NCBI GenBank assembly: GCA_038844785.1
Contig: JAWBRA010000005.1
Location: 10,194 to 74,193, forward strand
Reading direction: 5' to 3'
Source: Candidatus Caldarchaeum sp.
Lineage (GTDB): Archaea > Thermoproteota > Nitrososphaeria_A > Caldarchaeales > Caldarchaeaceae
Length of the DNA: 64,000 nucleotides
Shown here piece by piece: positions 18,693 to 28,378 of the stretch; within the stretch, counting starts at the first letter, position 1; every line of letters begins with the position of its first letter. Position numbers and translations under genes: made by a program. The notes below the pieces were generated by a model. The model had not been told where the DNA came from. It saw only the letters and a program-made list of their open reading frames with translations, and ran no database searches.

Positions 18693-19154
18693 ATGCCCTG
18701 CTGTGTCCTAGTTGTTAAAGACCATTTTGTCGGCAAGGAGGTTATTCCCGCGAGGGAGGTGGCTGAGGTGAGGGTGGGGAAGAAGTTTTGGCTAGTGAGC
18801 AAGCGTGTTGCAGCCATGAAGACTTTGAAAGAAGGAGGGGTTGCAGTTTTCTATGCAACAGGACGTGAAGGCCGTATGTTCTTGGGGGAAGGAAGCTTCT
18901 CGGAGGAGCCTAAACCATTAACGGACGAACTACGTTTCCACGTACGCGGCCTTCCCTCAGAAAAGCTTACACACTTCATAAAGCTTGACCACGCCCGCCT
19001 CTGGGACAGGACTGTCCCGGCAGAGGAGGTTGTCGAAAAGCTTTCCTTCATAAGAAAGAGGGATAAGTGGCAGTCCTACTTTAGAGGTAGCTTAAGGCAG
19101 ATACCTGAGGAGGATTTTAACCTGTTGAAAAGCATGGGCTCGTCTCAGCCGTAG
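18693..19154 (+). CDS. EVE (PUA-like) domain protein
   Basis: W...LKEGGVAVFYATG...LSFIRKRDKWQSYFRGSLRQIPEEDFNLL pattern typical of archaeal EVE proteins. Confidence 0.75.
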   Translation: MPCCVLVVKDHFVGKEVIPAREVAEVRVGKKFWLVSKRVAAMKTLKEGGVAVFYATGREGRMFLGEGSFSEEPKPLTDELRFHVRGLPSEKLTHFIKLDHARLWDRTVPAEEVVEKLSFIRKRDKWQSYFRGSLRQIPEEDFNLLKSMGSSQP

Positions 19155-20524
19155 ACGCTTGATATACCCAAGTCTCTGGCAAGCTGTGTTTCGGTAGCAG
19201 CGATGTCCTCTAGGCTCAGATCCTCCACGTTGTATTTTCCGACGGCAGACGTTAGTAGCTGAATCTCTGTCTTGAGCGTTTCAAGATAGTTTTTAACCCC
19301 CTCCTCCCCTCGCGCGTATGCCGCCACTACCACAGGTCTTCCAACCCCCGCTGCAGCCGCTCCAAAACAGAGAACCTTGACCACATCGCCGCCGTCTACA
19401 ATCCTGCCGGAACAAATGAAGTCTATGCTAAGCTTTCCACACAGCTTGGCGATCTTTCCAAGACAGGCTACAAGAGGAAGACCGAGATCCTTCATAGCCG
19501 TCACCGGGCTGAGCCCGGTTCCTCCCTCTTTTCCGTCAACCCAGAAGGCATCAGCTTTCTCAGCGTCGCAGACGGTGGCAACGTCTTCCAAATCCCTGTA
19601 CGGTCCCGACTTTATCCACACCCTCGCCCTCGGATAGTTATTCCTCATAAGCCTTATCATGCTTCTAAGTATCTCGGGTGTGAAGGTTCCAGGCGCTGAA
19701 TGCCTTTCGTACAATGGTTTTTCAACAGTTTTAGGGTCGGCGTCAAACGAGTACTTGTCGCTGAGCCTAAGAGCCAATTCTCTGTCAACCATTGTTTCGC
19801 CTCCGAGGCCGGGTTTGGAGCCCTGCCCCAGCTTAATCTCGAAACCAACCCTCCCCTCCTCTATGTAGGGTGTTATGTCCGGGTCTGAGTAGACTCTGTT
19901 CCACAGCTCGTCGTAGGCGTCTTCCACGCTTTGCTGTATGAATACACCGCCGTTGCCTTCCGGCGCGTTTTCAAAGTATGACATGACCCTCTCTTTGAAG
20001 CACGGCTGGCTGGGCTTCACTCTCTTAGCATAGCCCCAAACGGTTGCCACGTTTTCTCCAACTCCCATGGGGACGCCGAGCTTCGCCGCAGCCCTTGCAA
20101 CATCCAGCGAGACCTTATTGTATACCGGCGTTGAACCCATCGAAGCTATTGCAACAGGGACCGGTGATTTGAAACCTCCGAAGGAACACGCTGTCTCGAC
20201 GTCTGTGAACAGAGGCTCTCTCATCAGCTCCTCCATTTTCTTAAGCCTTAGCGGTGTGTAAAGTGGAGGGATTAAGAGGATTTTGTCGAGCGTGTCGTGT
20301 CTTGTAGGGGCTGGCTGGTAAATTGGAGCTCCCAACAAAGCTCTGCCGAATTCATCTGCCTCTGTAAATGGGAAGATAGACCGTCTTCCCTGCAGAGCCC
20401 TGTAGGCCACTTCCTTGACCGGATACTGCTCCGTAAACTTGGTCAAGGACTTTAGTGTTCCCGGGCTTCGGAAAAGCTTGAGCAGCAGGTTTAGAAGAGG
20501 AGGTGTACTCAATCCATGTCTCAC
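19145..20524 (-). CDS. Glutamate synthase FMN-binding-domain-like protein, stand-alone
   Basis: SMGS, GEN, FEIKLGQGSKPGLGG, VDGKEGGTG and SGRIVDGGDVVK motifs; GTG at 20524 overlaps the upstream TGA. Confidence 0.82.
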   Translation of the reverse strand: MRHGLSTPPLLNLLLKLFRSPGTLKSLTKFTEQYPVKEVAYRALQGRRSIFPFTEADEFGRALLGAPIYQPAPTRHDTLDKILLIPPLYTPLRLKKMEELMREPLFTDVETACSFGGFKSPVPVAIASMGSTPVYNKVSLDVARAAAKLGVPMGVGENVATVWGYAKRVKPSQPCFKERVMSYFENAPEGNGGVFIQQSVEDAYDELWNRVYSDPDITPYIEEGRVGFEIKLGQGSKPGLGGETMVDRELALRLSDKYSFDADPKTVEKPLYERHSAPGTFTPEILRSMIRLMRNNYPRARVWIKSGPYRDLEDVATVCDAEKADAFWVDGKEGGTGLSPVTAMKDLGLPLVACLGKIAKLCGKLSIDFICSGRIVDGGDVVKVLCFGAAAAGVGRPVVVAAYARGEEGVKNYLETLKTEIQLLTSAVGKYNVEDLSLEDIAATETQLARDLGISSVYG

Positions 20525-21501
20525 GGGGAGTATATTCCGGCGACTTTCGGATAGGGTCTCGCCTCCCAAACCGCCTGAAGTCCACACACATATCTTGTAA
20601 GCCTTTCAAGACCTATTCCGAAGCCAGAGCTCGGCCTAACCCCGTCTCTCAGCATATCTAGGTACCATCCATATTTAGCTGGGTTTTCACCGCTCTCCCT
20701 AAGCCTAGCCAAAACCTTCGCATACTGGTATTCGCGCTCCGCCCCCGAGGCAGCCTCGCCATATCCCTCAGGATACATCAGGTCGAAGTCTTTCAAGATT
20801 CCTGGCTTCTCAGGGTTCTCCATGTCGTAGAAGCCTCGAGCTCCTCTGGGGTAGTCGGTGATGAAGAAAGGTTCTCCCATGTAACGTGAGAGCTTCTCCT
20901 CCTGTGGCCAGGGTATTTCAGCCATGGGGTTTACTTTTTCTCCGAGCGTTTTCAGGATTTCAATCGCTTCGGCGTGAGTTATCTTTTTGAACGGCGGGGT
21001 GAAAACCGGCAGGCTTCTCCCCAGCTCCTTCAGAAGCTCAGCACCATGCTCTCTCGTATAGTTGACAACATAAGACATCAGCTGTTCAGCGGTGTTCATA
21101 GCCGCCTTATAGTCTACGTCAGCCTCCTCTATGTCTATCTGGACAAACTCGACAAGATGTCTTCCAGTAGTAGAGGATTCGATGGGCTCCAGCCTGATGT
21201 TGGGTGAGAAGAAGTATATTTTTCCAAAGGCTGTGGCCAGCATCTGCTTGTAAAGTATTGCGCTGCTCATCACCTTGTACTCTTTTCCATAATAGTCTAT
21301 GGTGGCTTGTTTGGCCCCCCTAATTCCTGGGTCTGTCACAGGTCCTATGATTGGTGGAAGTATCTCTAGGAAGCCATGGGAGTCGAGCCATTCCCTCGCA
21401 GCCCTGCTTATCATCGCTTGAAGCTTCAGGATTAGGTATGACCGTCGGCTTCTGATGGTTTTGTAGTGTTTCTCGAGCTGTTCCAAAGGCGGTTTGAGCA
21501 T
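20521..21501 (-). CDS. Archaeal asparagine synthetase A-like protein (Asp/AsnRS catalytic core with no anticodon domain)
   Basis: TDP, SPNIRLE...GRHLVEF.QIDIE motif 2, GEAASGAERE, GFGIGLERL motif 3; ATG at 21501. Confidence 0.85.
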   Translation of the reverse strand: MLKPPLEQLEKHYKTIRSRRSYLILKLQAMISRAAREWLDSHGFLEILPPIIGPVTDPGIRGAKQATIDYYGKEYKVMSSAILYKQMLATAFGKIYFFSPNIRLEPIESSTTGRHLVEFVQIDIEEADVDYKAAMNTAEQLMSYVVNYTREHGAELLKELGRSLPVFTPPFKKITHAEAIEILKTLGEKVNPMAEIPWPQEEKLSRYMGEPFFITDYPRGARGFYDMENPEKPGILKDFDLMYPEGYGEAASGAEREYQYAKVLARLRESGENPAKYGWYLDMLRDGVRPSSGFGIGLERLTRYVCGLQAVWEARPYPKVAGIYSP

Positions 21502-21649
21502 GTTTCTACCAGCCTTTCTGTTGTATATAGCGTTTATACATATGAGCTGTGTTTTATGCGTCAAACCGCCAAAAAAGCCATTGTTTTTTCGCCTACTTGA
21601 CGGAGAGGCGCGGCGTGCAACCAGCCTCGAAACCTCATGTCCTTCGCCA

Positions 21650-22057
21650 GGCTTAGCTCGCTCACGAGCTGAAGACAGTCGGTCCAGTGATCACTTAAAA
21701 GCAAACGGCGGCACCATTACCGAAATCGTGATATACCTCAAGTCGTCCGTCGGCAAAGGCGAGGTTGACGCCAGGCCAGGCAAGCTTGTCATCACCTACA
21801 GAGATGACGGAACATTCAAGGAAAGCATATACCCCGACAACTCCACCATTACCACCGTCTACAAAATAACCGGCGACAGCGACACAGTTCTAGAATACGA
21901 AGTCTGGGCAGTGAAAATAAACGTTACACAGATACAAGGGTCAAGCCTTAGCACGAACGACATTTTCAGCGTGGATATAAAGCTGCCCCAGAATGCCCTT
22001 CTTAAGGTTGAGAGGAGACTTCCACCATCCTTCGACCCCGTCATGGACCTGACGTAA
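21650..22057 (+). pseudogene. Archaellin (FlaB-like) gene remnant lacking the N-terminal type IV pilin helix
   Basis: EIVIYLKSSVGKGEVD...LVITY...GDSDTVLE...FSVDIKLPQNALLKVERRLPP resembles an archaellin C-terminal domain; an out-of-frame ELKTVGPVI just upstream; no signal peptide or start. Confidence 0.65.
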
Positions 22058-22058
22058 A

Positions 22059-22090
22059 CTCCCCCAAACCCCTCCCTTATTTTTATTGTT
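22059..22090 (+). terminator. C-rich then T-rich archaeal terminator-like tract
   Basis: CTCCCCCAAACCCCTCCCTTATTTTTATTGTT directly after the archaellin-remnant stop. Confidence 0.5.
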
Positions 22091-22148
22091 GCGGCGTGGA
22101 GATAAACCGTGGAGGTAATGTTTTTTATTTAAGCTTCAGTTTAAGCCG

Positions 22149-22820
22149 TTGACAATGTCGGGGCGTTCTCCGGACTCATCTCCTGAAACGATAAAAAAGT
22201 GGCTTGAGGAATGTTTCGACAAGGTTTTAAAACAAGACCATGTAGCCGCGATGAAGCGGTGTGACGTGGTTTATCTTCCCTCGCAAAGCTCAGCTCTTGG
22301 ACGCTACATCGTCAACGTACTCAACAAAACCTACACTGTTGAGCTGGCAGACAGATCTGTTCTGGAGTTGACCACTGGTAAGCCGGCGGGAGAGAAACTA
22401 TCCTACGTCATCCTTGAATATCTTATGGGCGCGGGCACTCAAGTCCAGCAAGACGTTTGGCAGTCCATGGAGACGTTAACAGACAAGCCGCCGTTCAAGT
22501 ATCGTTACCAGAAGTTTGTGGTGCGGCCCCTAGAGAGGCTCTTCGGATATGACAAAGAGTTCTTCTCAACTGTTTCAACATCCCTCGGAGGAAAAAGCGA
22601 GAAACTGGGAGGCGTCGCATATTCGTTCAAGTTTCTCCCCAAGGTTAAGTCGCTTGTCCAGCTTTGGGTTGGAAGCAGCCAAGAACTGACGAAACCTAGG
22701 ATCAACACGTCGTTTAACAAGCAGGCCTTAAGTTTTCTAAAAGAGACATCTCTGCTGTTCGTCTTCGAAACCTTAGTCGAGTTCATGGAGAGGGAGGCGA
22801 AAAAGAAGAGAAGACGCTAG
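22149..22820 (+). CDS. DUF3786-like hypothetical protein
   Basis: VILEYL...W...PLERLFG...FKFLPKVKSLVQLW pattern. Confidence 0.6.
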   Translation: MTMSGRSPDSSPETIKKWLEECFDKVLKQDHVAAMKRCDVVYLPSQSSALGRYIVNVLNKTYTVELADRSVLELTTGKPAGEKLSYVILEYLMGAGTQVQQDVWQSMETLTDKPPFKYRYQKFVVRPLERLFGYDKEFFSTVSTSLGGKSEKLGGVAYSFKFLPKVKSLVQLWVGSSQELTKPRINTSFNKQALSFLKETSLLFVFETLVEFMEREAKKKRRR

Positions 22821-23338
22821 CGGGCTTTCCACTCTTCTTCCTCAAAACCACTTTTTTTGTTAACCAGCCTTGCCAGAAGGAAAAGGAGCAGGCTAAGCTT
22901 GTTTAGGAAGGCTGTCACCGTCTCATCAACTTCCTCGAAATCGGCCAACCTAGCCACAGACCTCTCAGCCCTTCTTGCAACAGCTCTGCACACATGCAGC
23001 AACGAAGCCTCAAACCCACCGGATGGGAAGATGAAACGCTGGAGAGGCGGAAGCTCCGACCCTATTTCAGCTATCCAGTTCTTTATCTTCTCGTTGTTTT
23101 CCCTCAGCTTGTCAAGAGGGTGGGAGGGCAGTGCGAGATAAGAACCTACGTGGAAGAGGCTCTCTTGGACTGTTTTCAGGATGGAGGCTAGGTAAGGGTC
23201 CTTCACCGCCGATCGGGCCAGGCCGATGAACGATGAAAGCTCGTCCACCTCGCCGAAAGCCTCAATTCTCGGATGGCTTTTCCTCACCTTGCCAACGCGT
23301 GGAATAAAGGTTTCCCCCCTGTCGCCAGAGCTGGACAA
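22817..23338 (-). CDS. pduO: ATP:cob(I)alamin adenosyltransferase, PduO type
   Basis: GDRGET, RIEAFGEVDELSS, LHVCRAVARRAER and FLNKLS motifs. Confidence 0.9.
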   Translation of the reverse strand: MSSSGDRGETFIPRVGKVRKSHPRIEAFGEVDELSSFIGLARSAVKDPYLASILKTVQESLFHVGSYLALPSHPLDKLRENNEKIKNWIAEIGSELPPLQRFIFPSGGFEASLLHVCRAVARRAERSVARLADFEEVDETVTAFLNKLSLLLFLLARLVNKKSGFEEEEWKAR

Positions 23339-23341
23339 CGC

Positions 23342-24481
23342 CTACTTGCTCTCCAGTCTCTTAATAATAGATTTAATCCTCGAAAAGCCTAGAGCGGGAG
23401 TCGGCCTGTCGGGAACTATCCCCTGCGGCCTGACTATCAAAACGATTATCAAGGCAACGCCGAACAAAAGCCTGTCAAGCCAGACAAGGCTGAAGGGGAT
23501 TAGCGGTTCAAACACATACCTGTAAGTGTCTATCGTTCTCCTCAAGACGACGAAGATAAGGGTTCCTAGGAGAACGCCTTTGTGGTTGCCAGCTCCTCCT
23601 ATGATGACCATAACCCATGGCCAGAAAGTCCAGTTAAACCTGTCGTAGGTGGATGCTATTACGCTCTGGGAGTTGAAAGCCCATAAGGCTCCTGCAACAG
23701 CCGCCATCGCAGACGACAGCACCAAAACTTTCTGCTTCAACCTTACCACATCTTTCCCAAGAACCTCAGCCGCTATCTCCTGGTCCTTCAATGCTTTAAG
23801 AGCCCTTCCTGCAGGAGAGTAGGCGAGCTGACGCATGTAAACGAAAAACGTCAAGGAAACCAGTAAAATCACGAACGTAGAGGCGTAAAACCTGTAAGCA
23901 CCAAGCCATCCATATGGGTCTGGAGCAAAAACCCCCAGGGTTCCTCCCACCAAAGTCCTCTCCAGATAACCAACCTGCCTGAGAAACTCACCCATAGCCA
24001 GCAAGGTCATGGCTAGATAGTCCTCTCTGAGCCTTATCGCCGGGTAGGAGGCGACAAACCCTAAACCAGCCCCCACCAGAGCTGCTAAACCAACCGTGGC
24101 AAGCAATACTGTGATGGAGAGCACGGGGTCTCCGACCATCACCCTGCGTATACAATCTCCAATGACTGAGTTGTCCTCGATATAGTCCATACCCTCTAAA
24201 ATCTTGGGCTTTATCTGAGCCAAGGTCTTTAGACACTCTGACAGAATAGGGTGGTTTTCCACAGCTCTGAACCCTTTGAGCAAGTTAAGCTGGTCGGCTA
24301 AAGCTCTCCCCGGGACGGCTCCCACCACGAAAGCACCTCCAGCGACTGCGAGAACCTTCCCGAAGTTAGGTATACCCGTAAGTCCGTATTCTATGTTTAA
24401 GCTCGTGTTAACTATTAGGTAGATTGCAAAGTATGCGATGATGTCCAATAAAAAAGTCAAAAGCTGCTGAACCTCCATCAA
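23342..24481 (-). CDS. livM: Branched-chain amino acid ABC transporter permease (LivM-like)
   Basis: GLTGIPNFG, RLREDYLAM, VIIGGAGN and RPQGI motifs; multiple TM segments. Confidence 0.88.
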   Translation of the reverse strand: MMEVQQLLTFLLDIIAYFAIYLIVNTSLNIEYGLTGIPNFGKVLAVAGGAFVVGAVPGRALADQLNLLKGFRAVENHPILSECLKTLAQIKPKILEGMDYIEDNSVIGDCIRRVMVGDPVLSITVLLATVGLAALVGAGLGFVASYPAIRLREDYLAMTLLAMGEFLRQVGYLERTLVGGTLGVFAPDPYGWLGAYRFYASTFVILLVSLTFFVYMRQLAYSPAGRALKALKDQEIAAEVLGKDVVRLKQKVLVLSSAMAAVAGALWAFNSQSVIASTYDRFNWTFWPWVMVIIGGAGNHKGVLLGTLIFVVLRRTIDTYRYVFEPLIPFSLVWLDRLLFGVALIIVLIVRPQGIVPDRPTPALGFSRIKSIIKRLESK

Positions 24482-25422
24482 GCCCTCTCACCTCTGCTGA
24501 CCAAGAGCTTACCCAATCCCCTCCATCTAACGGCTAGCAGGCCTTGGGGTGCTATGATTAGTGTTAGCGCCATCGCCATCAAAGGTATTAAAGGCCGGTA
24601 AACAGTAATCCACGCCCCGAAAGTGATGCCGAGCTGACGCGTACCCAGTATTTCGATGAAGCCTAGCAAGTACCCTCCTGCAACCGCTCCGTAAATGTTC
24701 TGGAGGCCCCCCACAATGCTTGCCGCGAAAATGCTTATCAAAAGCAGGCTGCCGTAGTCAGGGCTTCCCTGAAACCAGAGGGCTAGAAGAGAGCCTGCAA
24801 GCCCTCCTAAGCCTCCTGCGATAAACCATGAATAAGAGTACATGCGTTTGACGTTGATACCCAAGCTCCCTGCTAGCGGCGGGTTTTCAATGGCCGCTCT
24901 CAAACCCACCCCAAACCTTGTCTTTGTCAAAACCATGTGCAGCACTATGACGATTGAAACAGCAAGTGCTGGAGCGGCTAGAAAGACTCCTGGCTGGTCG
25001 AAAATCCTTACATCGTTTCTTCTTATCAAAAAACCCCGGGACTGGATCTTGAAGGTTTGAGTAAAGTAATCGGCGTATATGTTCAACACAGCTATCAGAA
25101 TCAATTCGAACGCGATGGTTGCTATCATCTGTGAGACAAGGCTTGCGTCTCTTGAAATCAAAGGCCTGAGAACAATCAGGTAGAGGACTAGAGCAGCTCC
25201 GCCGCCTAGTAGAAAAGCCGGTATGATAGATATATACGCGTGAAGCTTGAAGACTTCAGTCATGGTGAGCATCGTCATCATACCTATGGAGGCGAAGCTG
25301 CCGTGCGCGAAGTTCGGGACCTTCGTAGTCAGATAGTTGAGCGTCAAGCCGAGTGATAGAAGGCTCAGCATGCTCGCGAAAATGACGGCATCTCTTAGTA
25401 TTGGCTCAAAGACAACCATCAC
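24478..25422 (-). CDS. livH: Branched-chain amino acid ABC transporter permease (LivH-like)
   Basis: VPNFAHG, KTRFGVGLRA, GIN and PQGL motifs. Confidence 0.88.
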   Translation of the reverse strand: MMVVFEPILRDAVIFASMLSLLSLGLTLNYLTTKVPNFAHGSFASIGMMTMLTMTEVFKLHAYISIIPAFLLGGGAALVLYLIVLRPLISRDASLVSQMIATIAFELILIAVLNIYADYFTQTFKIQSRGFLIRRNDVRIFDQPGVFLAAPALAVSIVIVLHMVLTKTRFGVGLRAAIENPPLAGSLGINVKRMYSYSWFIAGGLGGLAGSLLALWFQGSPDYGSLLLISIFAASIVGGLQNIYGAVAGGYLLGFIEILGTRQLGITFGAWITVYRPLIPLMAMALTLIIAPQGLLAVRWRGLGKLLVSRGERA

Positions 25423-25537
25423 TTGAAACTATCCGCTTAACACTAATATTTGTATTTTTGAAGAACGGTTTCCAACTTTGGACAGCCCATCCAATTTATG
25501 AAAACGCTTATATCCCTGAATCTAGCTTCTTCCGGCG

Positions 25538-26875
25538 ATGAAAAAAAGTATTGAAGCCGTATCTTCAACCGTAGCTGGCGTAGCTGCTGTCGTGGCCCTA
25601 ATAATCGGGTTGCTGATAGGCGGTGTAGCACTTGGTCCGACGCTGGGCGGTGGACCGCAGGTCCAGACTGTTTTTAGAACAGCAACTGTTGAGAGAACCG
25701 TGACAACGACCGCCGCAGCAGGGCTGACAGGCGAAGTACAGATAGGTACTTTGCTGTGCCTAAGCGCAGTCCTTTCCTCATACGCTGAAAACGAGAGAGT
25801 CGCCATGGACCTTGCAGCGAAGGAGGTGAACGATTTCCTGCAAAAAGCTGGCGCCGGTTTTAGGATAAAGTTAATCCATGAAGACACCGCATGCGCCCCT
25901 GCTACAGCGGAGGAAAAGATAAGAAGCCTGTATGCAAGGGGGGTTAGACTAATAGTCGGGCCTATGACTTCGGCAGAGGTGAGGCAGATAAAAGGCTTCG
26001 CGGACACGAACAAAATCCTCCTCATATCGCAGTCTTCAACAGCTCCAGACCTTAAGATACCTGGCGACTATGTTTTTAGGTTCACGACGGCAGACGACAT
26101 TCAAGGACCTATCGGCCCTAGGCTTGCAAAGCTACTTGGCGTCACACATTTCATCTACATCTGGAGAGGTGATGCGTGGGGCGATGGGCTACACACAGTT
26201 TCTACAGGGGAGGCAAAGAAGCTTGGACTGAACCTCGCGCTAGAGCTAAGGTATGCGCCTGACAAGACAGAGTTCTCGGCTGAGGTTTCCCAGCTAGCTA
26301 ACACTGTAAAGTCGTTAATCGGTGCGGGAGTTGCGGCAAACAAGATAATGGTTGAGATAGTTGGCTTCGACGAGGTGGTGGCGTTTCTATCTGCGGCAAA
26401 CGAATACCCAGAGCTAAAGCAAATAAGATGGTTCGGTAGCGACGGAACTGCAGTCACCGCCGCTATCTTCCAAGACCCGGCGGCTACGCAATTCGCTGAG
26501 CAGGTAAAGTGGATTAACCCGCTGTTCTTCGCCACGACTCCTGACAGGAAGGCGAGGGTGGACGCTGAGGTTTTACGCGTCCTTGGCCGTTCACCGCCGG
26601 ATGCCTACTCGTACGCCGCATACAGCGCCGTCTGGGCATATGCCCTCGGGCTTATGGCGACGCAGAAGTACGATGCGGAGGCGGTAAGGGCTGTTCTACC
26701 GATGATAGCTCAAGAGTTTCTCAGCTTAAAGCTTGACGACGCCGGAGACCTTCCCTACTCCGACTACATCCTCTGGCTTGTGAAGACTGTGGACGGCAAA
26801 CCACGTTGGGTTGAAGCCGGCCGATACGTGTACGCCACAAACTCCTTCGAGTGGGCAGAGGGCTTTCAGCCATAA
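25538..26875 (+). CDS. livK: Branched-chain amino acid ABC transporter substrate-binding protein, membrane-anchored
   Basis: N-terminal TM helix, Thr-rich linker, IVGPMTS, ISQSSTAPDL...DYVFR. Confidence 0.88.
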   Translation: MKKSIEAVSSTVAGVAAVVALIIGLLIGGVALGPTLGGGPQVQTVFRTATVERTVTTTAAAGLTGEVQIGTLLCLSAVLSSYAENERVAMDLAAKEVNDFLQKAGAGFRIKLIHEDTACAPATAEEKIRSLYARGVRLIVGPMTSAEVRQIKGFADTNKILLISQSSTAPDLKIPGDYVFRFTTADDIQGPIGPRLAKLLGVTHFIYIWRGDAWGDGLHTVSTGEAKKLGLNLALELRYAPDKTEFSAEVSQLANTVKSLIGAGVAANKIMVEIVGFDEVVAFLSAANEYPELKQIRWFGSDGTAVTAAIFQDPAATQFAEQVKWINPLFFATTPDRKARVDAEVLRVLGRSPPDAYSYAAYSAVWAYALGLMATQKYDAEAVRAVLPMIAQEFLSLKLDDAGDLPYSDYILWLVKTVDGKPRWVEAGRYVYATNSFEWAEGFQP

Positions 26876-26905
26876 AACTCATATACCATCTACCCATTTT
26901 TTTAT
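26876..26905 (+). terminator. Oligo-T terminator-like tract after the binding-protein gene
   Basis: CCATCTACCCATTTTTTTAT downstream of the stop. Confidence 0.4.
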
Positions 26906-26908
26906 AGA

Positions 26909-27673
26909 ATGACTGTTGAGAAAATATTAGTCACTCAAGGGCTTTCTAAAAACTTTGGCGGACTCTGGGCTTTAGATGGGGTTGACATAGCTGTGCAAAA
27001 AGGCTCTATGTGTCTTTTGATAGGGCCTAACGGGAGTGGGAAAACTACTTTGGTGAACGTTGTAACAGGTGTTTACAAGCCAGAGCATGGTGTGGTGTTC
27101 TTCGACGGCAAGCCTATAACAGGGTTAAAGCCGCATCAAATCTACGGATTAGGCCTCGTCAGAACTTGGCAGATCCCTCAGCCCTTCCAATCCTTAACAG
27201 TTCTCGAAAACCTTCTCGTCTCAGAAAAACACAATCCAGGGGAAGGCCTTCTCTCAGCCCTTAACAGGTCCAATTGGGATAAGTTTGAGGAGGAGTCCAT
27301 TGAGAAAGCCTTTGGGATTCTAAAGCTTTTGAAGCTTGACAACCTCTGGGACCAGCAGGCCTTCAAGCTGAGCGGCGGTCAGATGAAGCTCCTGGAAACA
27401 GGAAGGGCGTTGATGAGCGGTGCTAAAATGATATTGATGGATGAGCCTGCAGCGGGGATAAACCCGAACCTAGCCCATGAAGTCTTCACCTACTTGAGGG
27501 AGGTTAACAAAAAGCTCGGAATAACATTTCTCCTTATAGAACATAGACTGGACCTCGCAATACCATATGTAGACTATGTGTACGCTATGCATCTAGGTAA
27601 GGTCATAGCTGAAGGCATGCCTAAAGAGGTCTTAAACAACATCCTGGTTGTCGAAAGTTATCTCGGTGGATAG
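26909..27673 (+). CDS. livG: Branched-chain amino acid ABC transporter ATP-binding protein (LivG-like)
   Basis: GPNGSGKT, LSGGQ, MDEPAAG and IEH motifs. Confidence 0.92.
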   Translation: MTVEKILVTQGLSKNFGGLWALDGVDIAVQKGSMCLLIGPNGSGKTTLVNVVTGVYKPEHGVVFFDGKPITGLKPHQIYGLGLVRTWQIPQPFQSLTVLENLLVSEKHNPGEGLLSALNRSNWDKFEEESIEKAFGILKLLKLDNLWDQQAFKLSGGQMKLLETGRALMSGAKMILMDEPAAGINPNLAHEVFTYLREVNKKLGITFLLIEHRLDLAIPYVDYVYAMHLGKVIAEGMPKEVLNNILVVESYLGG

Positions 27674-27676
27674 AGG

Positions 27677-28378
27677 TTGCTCAGGACCGAGAACCTTTGC
27701 GCAGGATATAAAAAGCTTCAAGTCCTCTTCGAGGTCTCGGTCACCGTTCCCGCAAACCTTCTCACAGTGGTCGTAGGCCCTAACGGCAGCGGAAAGAGCA
27801 CTCTCCTCAAGACCGTTTTCGGGCTGACCAAAGTTTATTCTGGTAGGATACGTTTGGACGGCGTTGACATCACGGGGCTTGCCCCGCATCAAGTCGCCTC
27901 CCACGGCGTAGCCTACGTTCCACAGCTAGACAACGTCTTCGCAAACTTAACCGTCTACGAAAACCTGTTAATTTCATCATACGGGCTGGGGAAAGCAGAT
28001 TCGTCAGTCTTGGACGTCATGGAAATCTTCCCGCATCTAAAGAGATATCAAACGAAGAAAGCGGCTTTGATGAGCGGCGGGGAGAGGCAGATGCTAGCCA
28101 TAGCCATGGCTCTCATCCGCAAACCCAAGATAATGCTTTTCGACGAGCCGACCGGTAACCTTTCACCCAAGATGTCAACAACGATACTCGACATAATCAG
28201 AGACTTGAGGGACAGCCACCGCAAAACAATACTTCTGGCTGAGCAGAACGCTAAAAGGGCTTTGGAGATAGGTGACAAAGCCATACTGCTTGTCAGCGGC
28301 CGCACGGCCTTCGAAGGGGATGCGCAGACACTCCTCAGGCATAAGGAGCTTGGCAGGCTGTATCTAGGGATCAGGTAA
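27677..28378 (+). CDS. livF: Branched-chain amino acid ABC transporter ATP-binding protein (LivF-like)
   Basis: GPNGSGKS, MSGGERQMLA and AEQNA motifs, C-terminal YLG. Confidence 0.92.
   Translation: MLRTENLCAGYKKLQVLFEVSVTVPANLLTVVVGPNGSGKSTLLKTVFGLTKVYSGRIRLDGVDITGLAPHQVASHGVAYVPQLDNVFANLTVYENLLISSYGLGKADSSVLDVMEIFPHLKRYQTKKAALMSGGERQMLAIAMALIRKPKIMLFDEPTGNLSPKMSTTILDIIRDLRDSHRKTILLAEQNAKRALEIGDKAILLVSGRTAFEGDAQTLLRHKELGRLYLGIR

Noticed and set aside
25522-26535. Long antisense ORFs opposite real genes (here and throughout, e.g. 50685-51125, 54753-55223)
   Set aside because: Shadow frames of well-supported genes, with no motifs of their own
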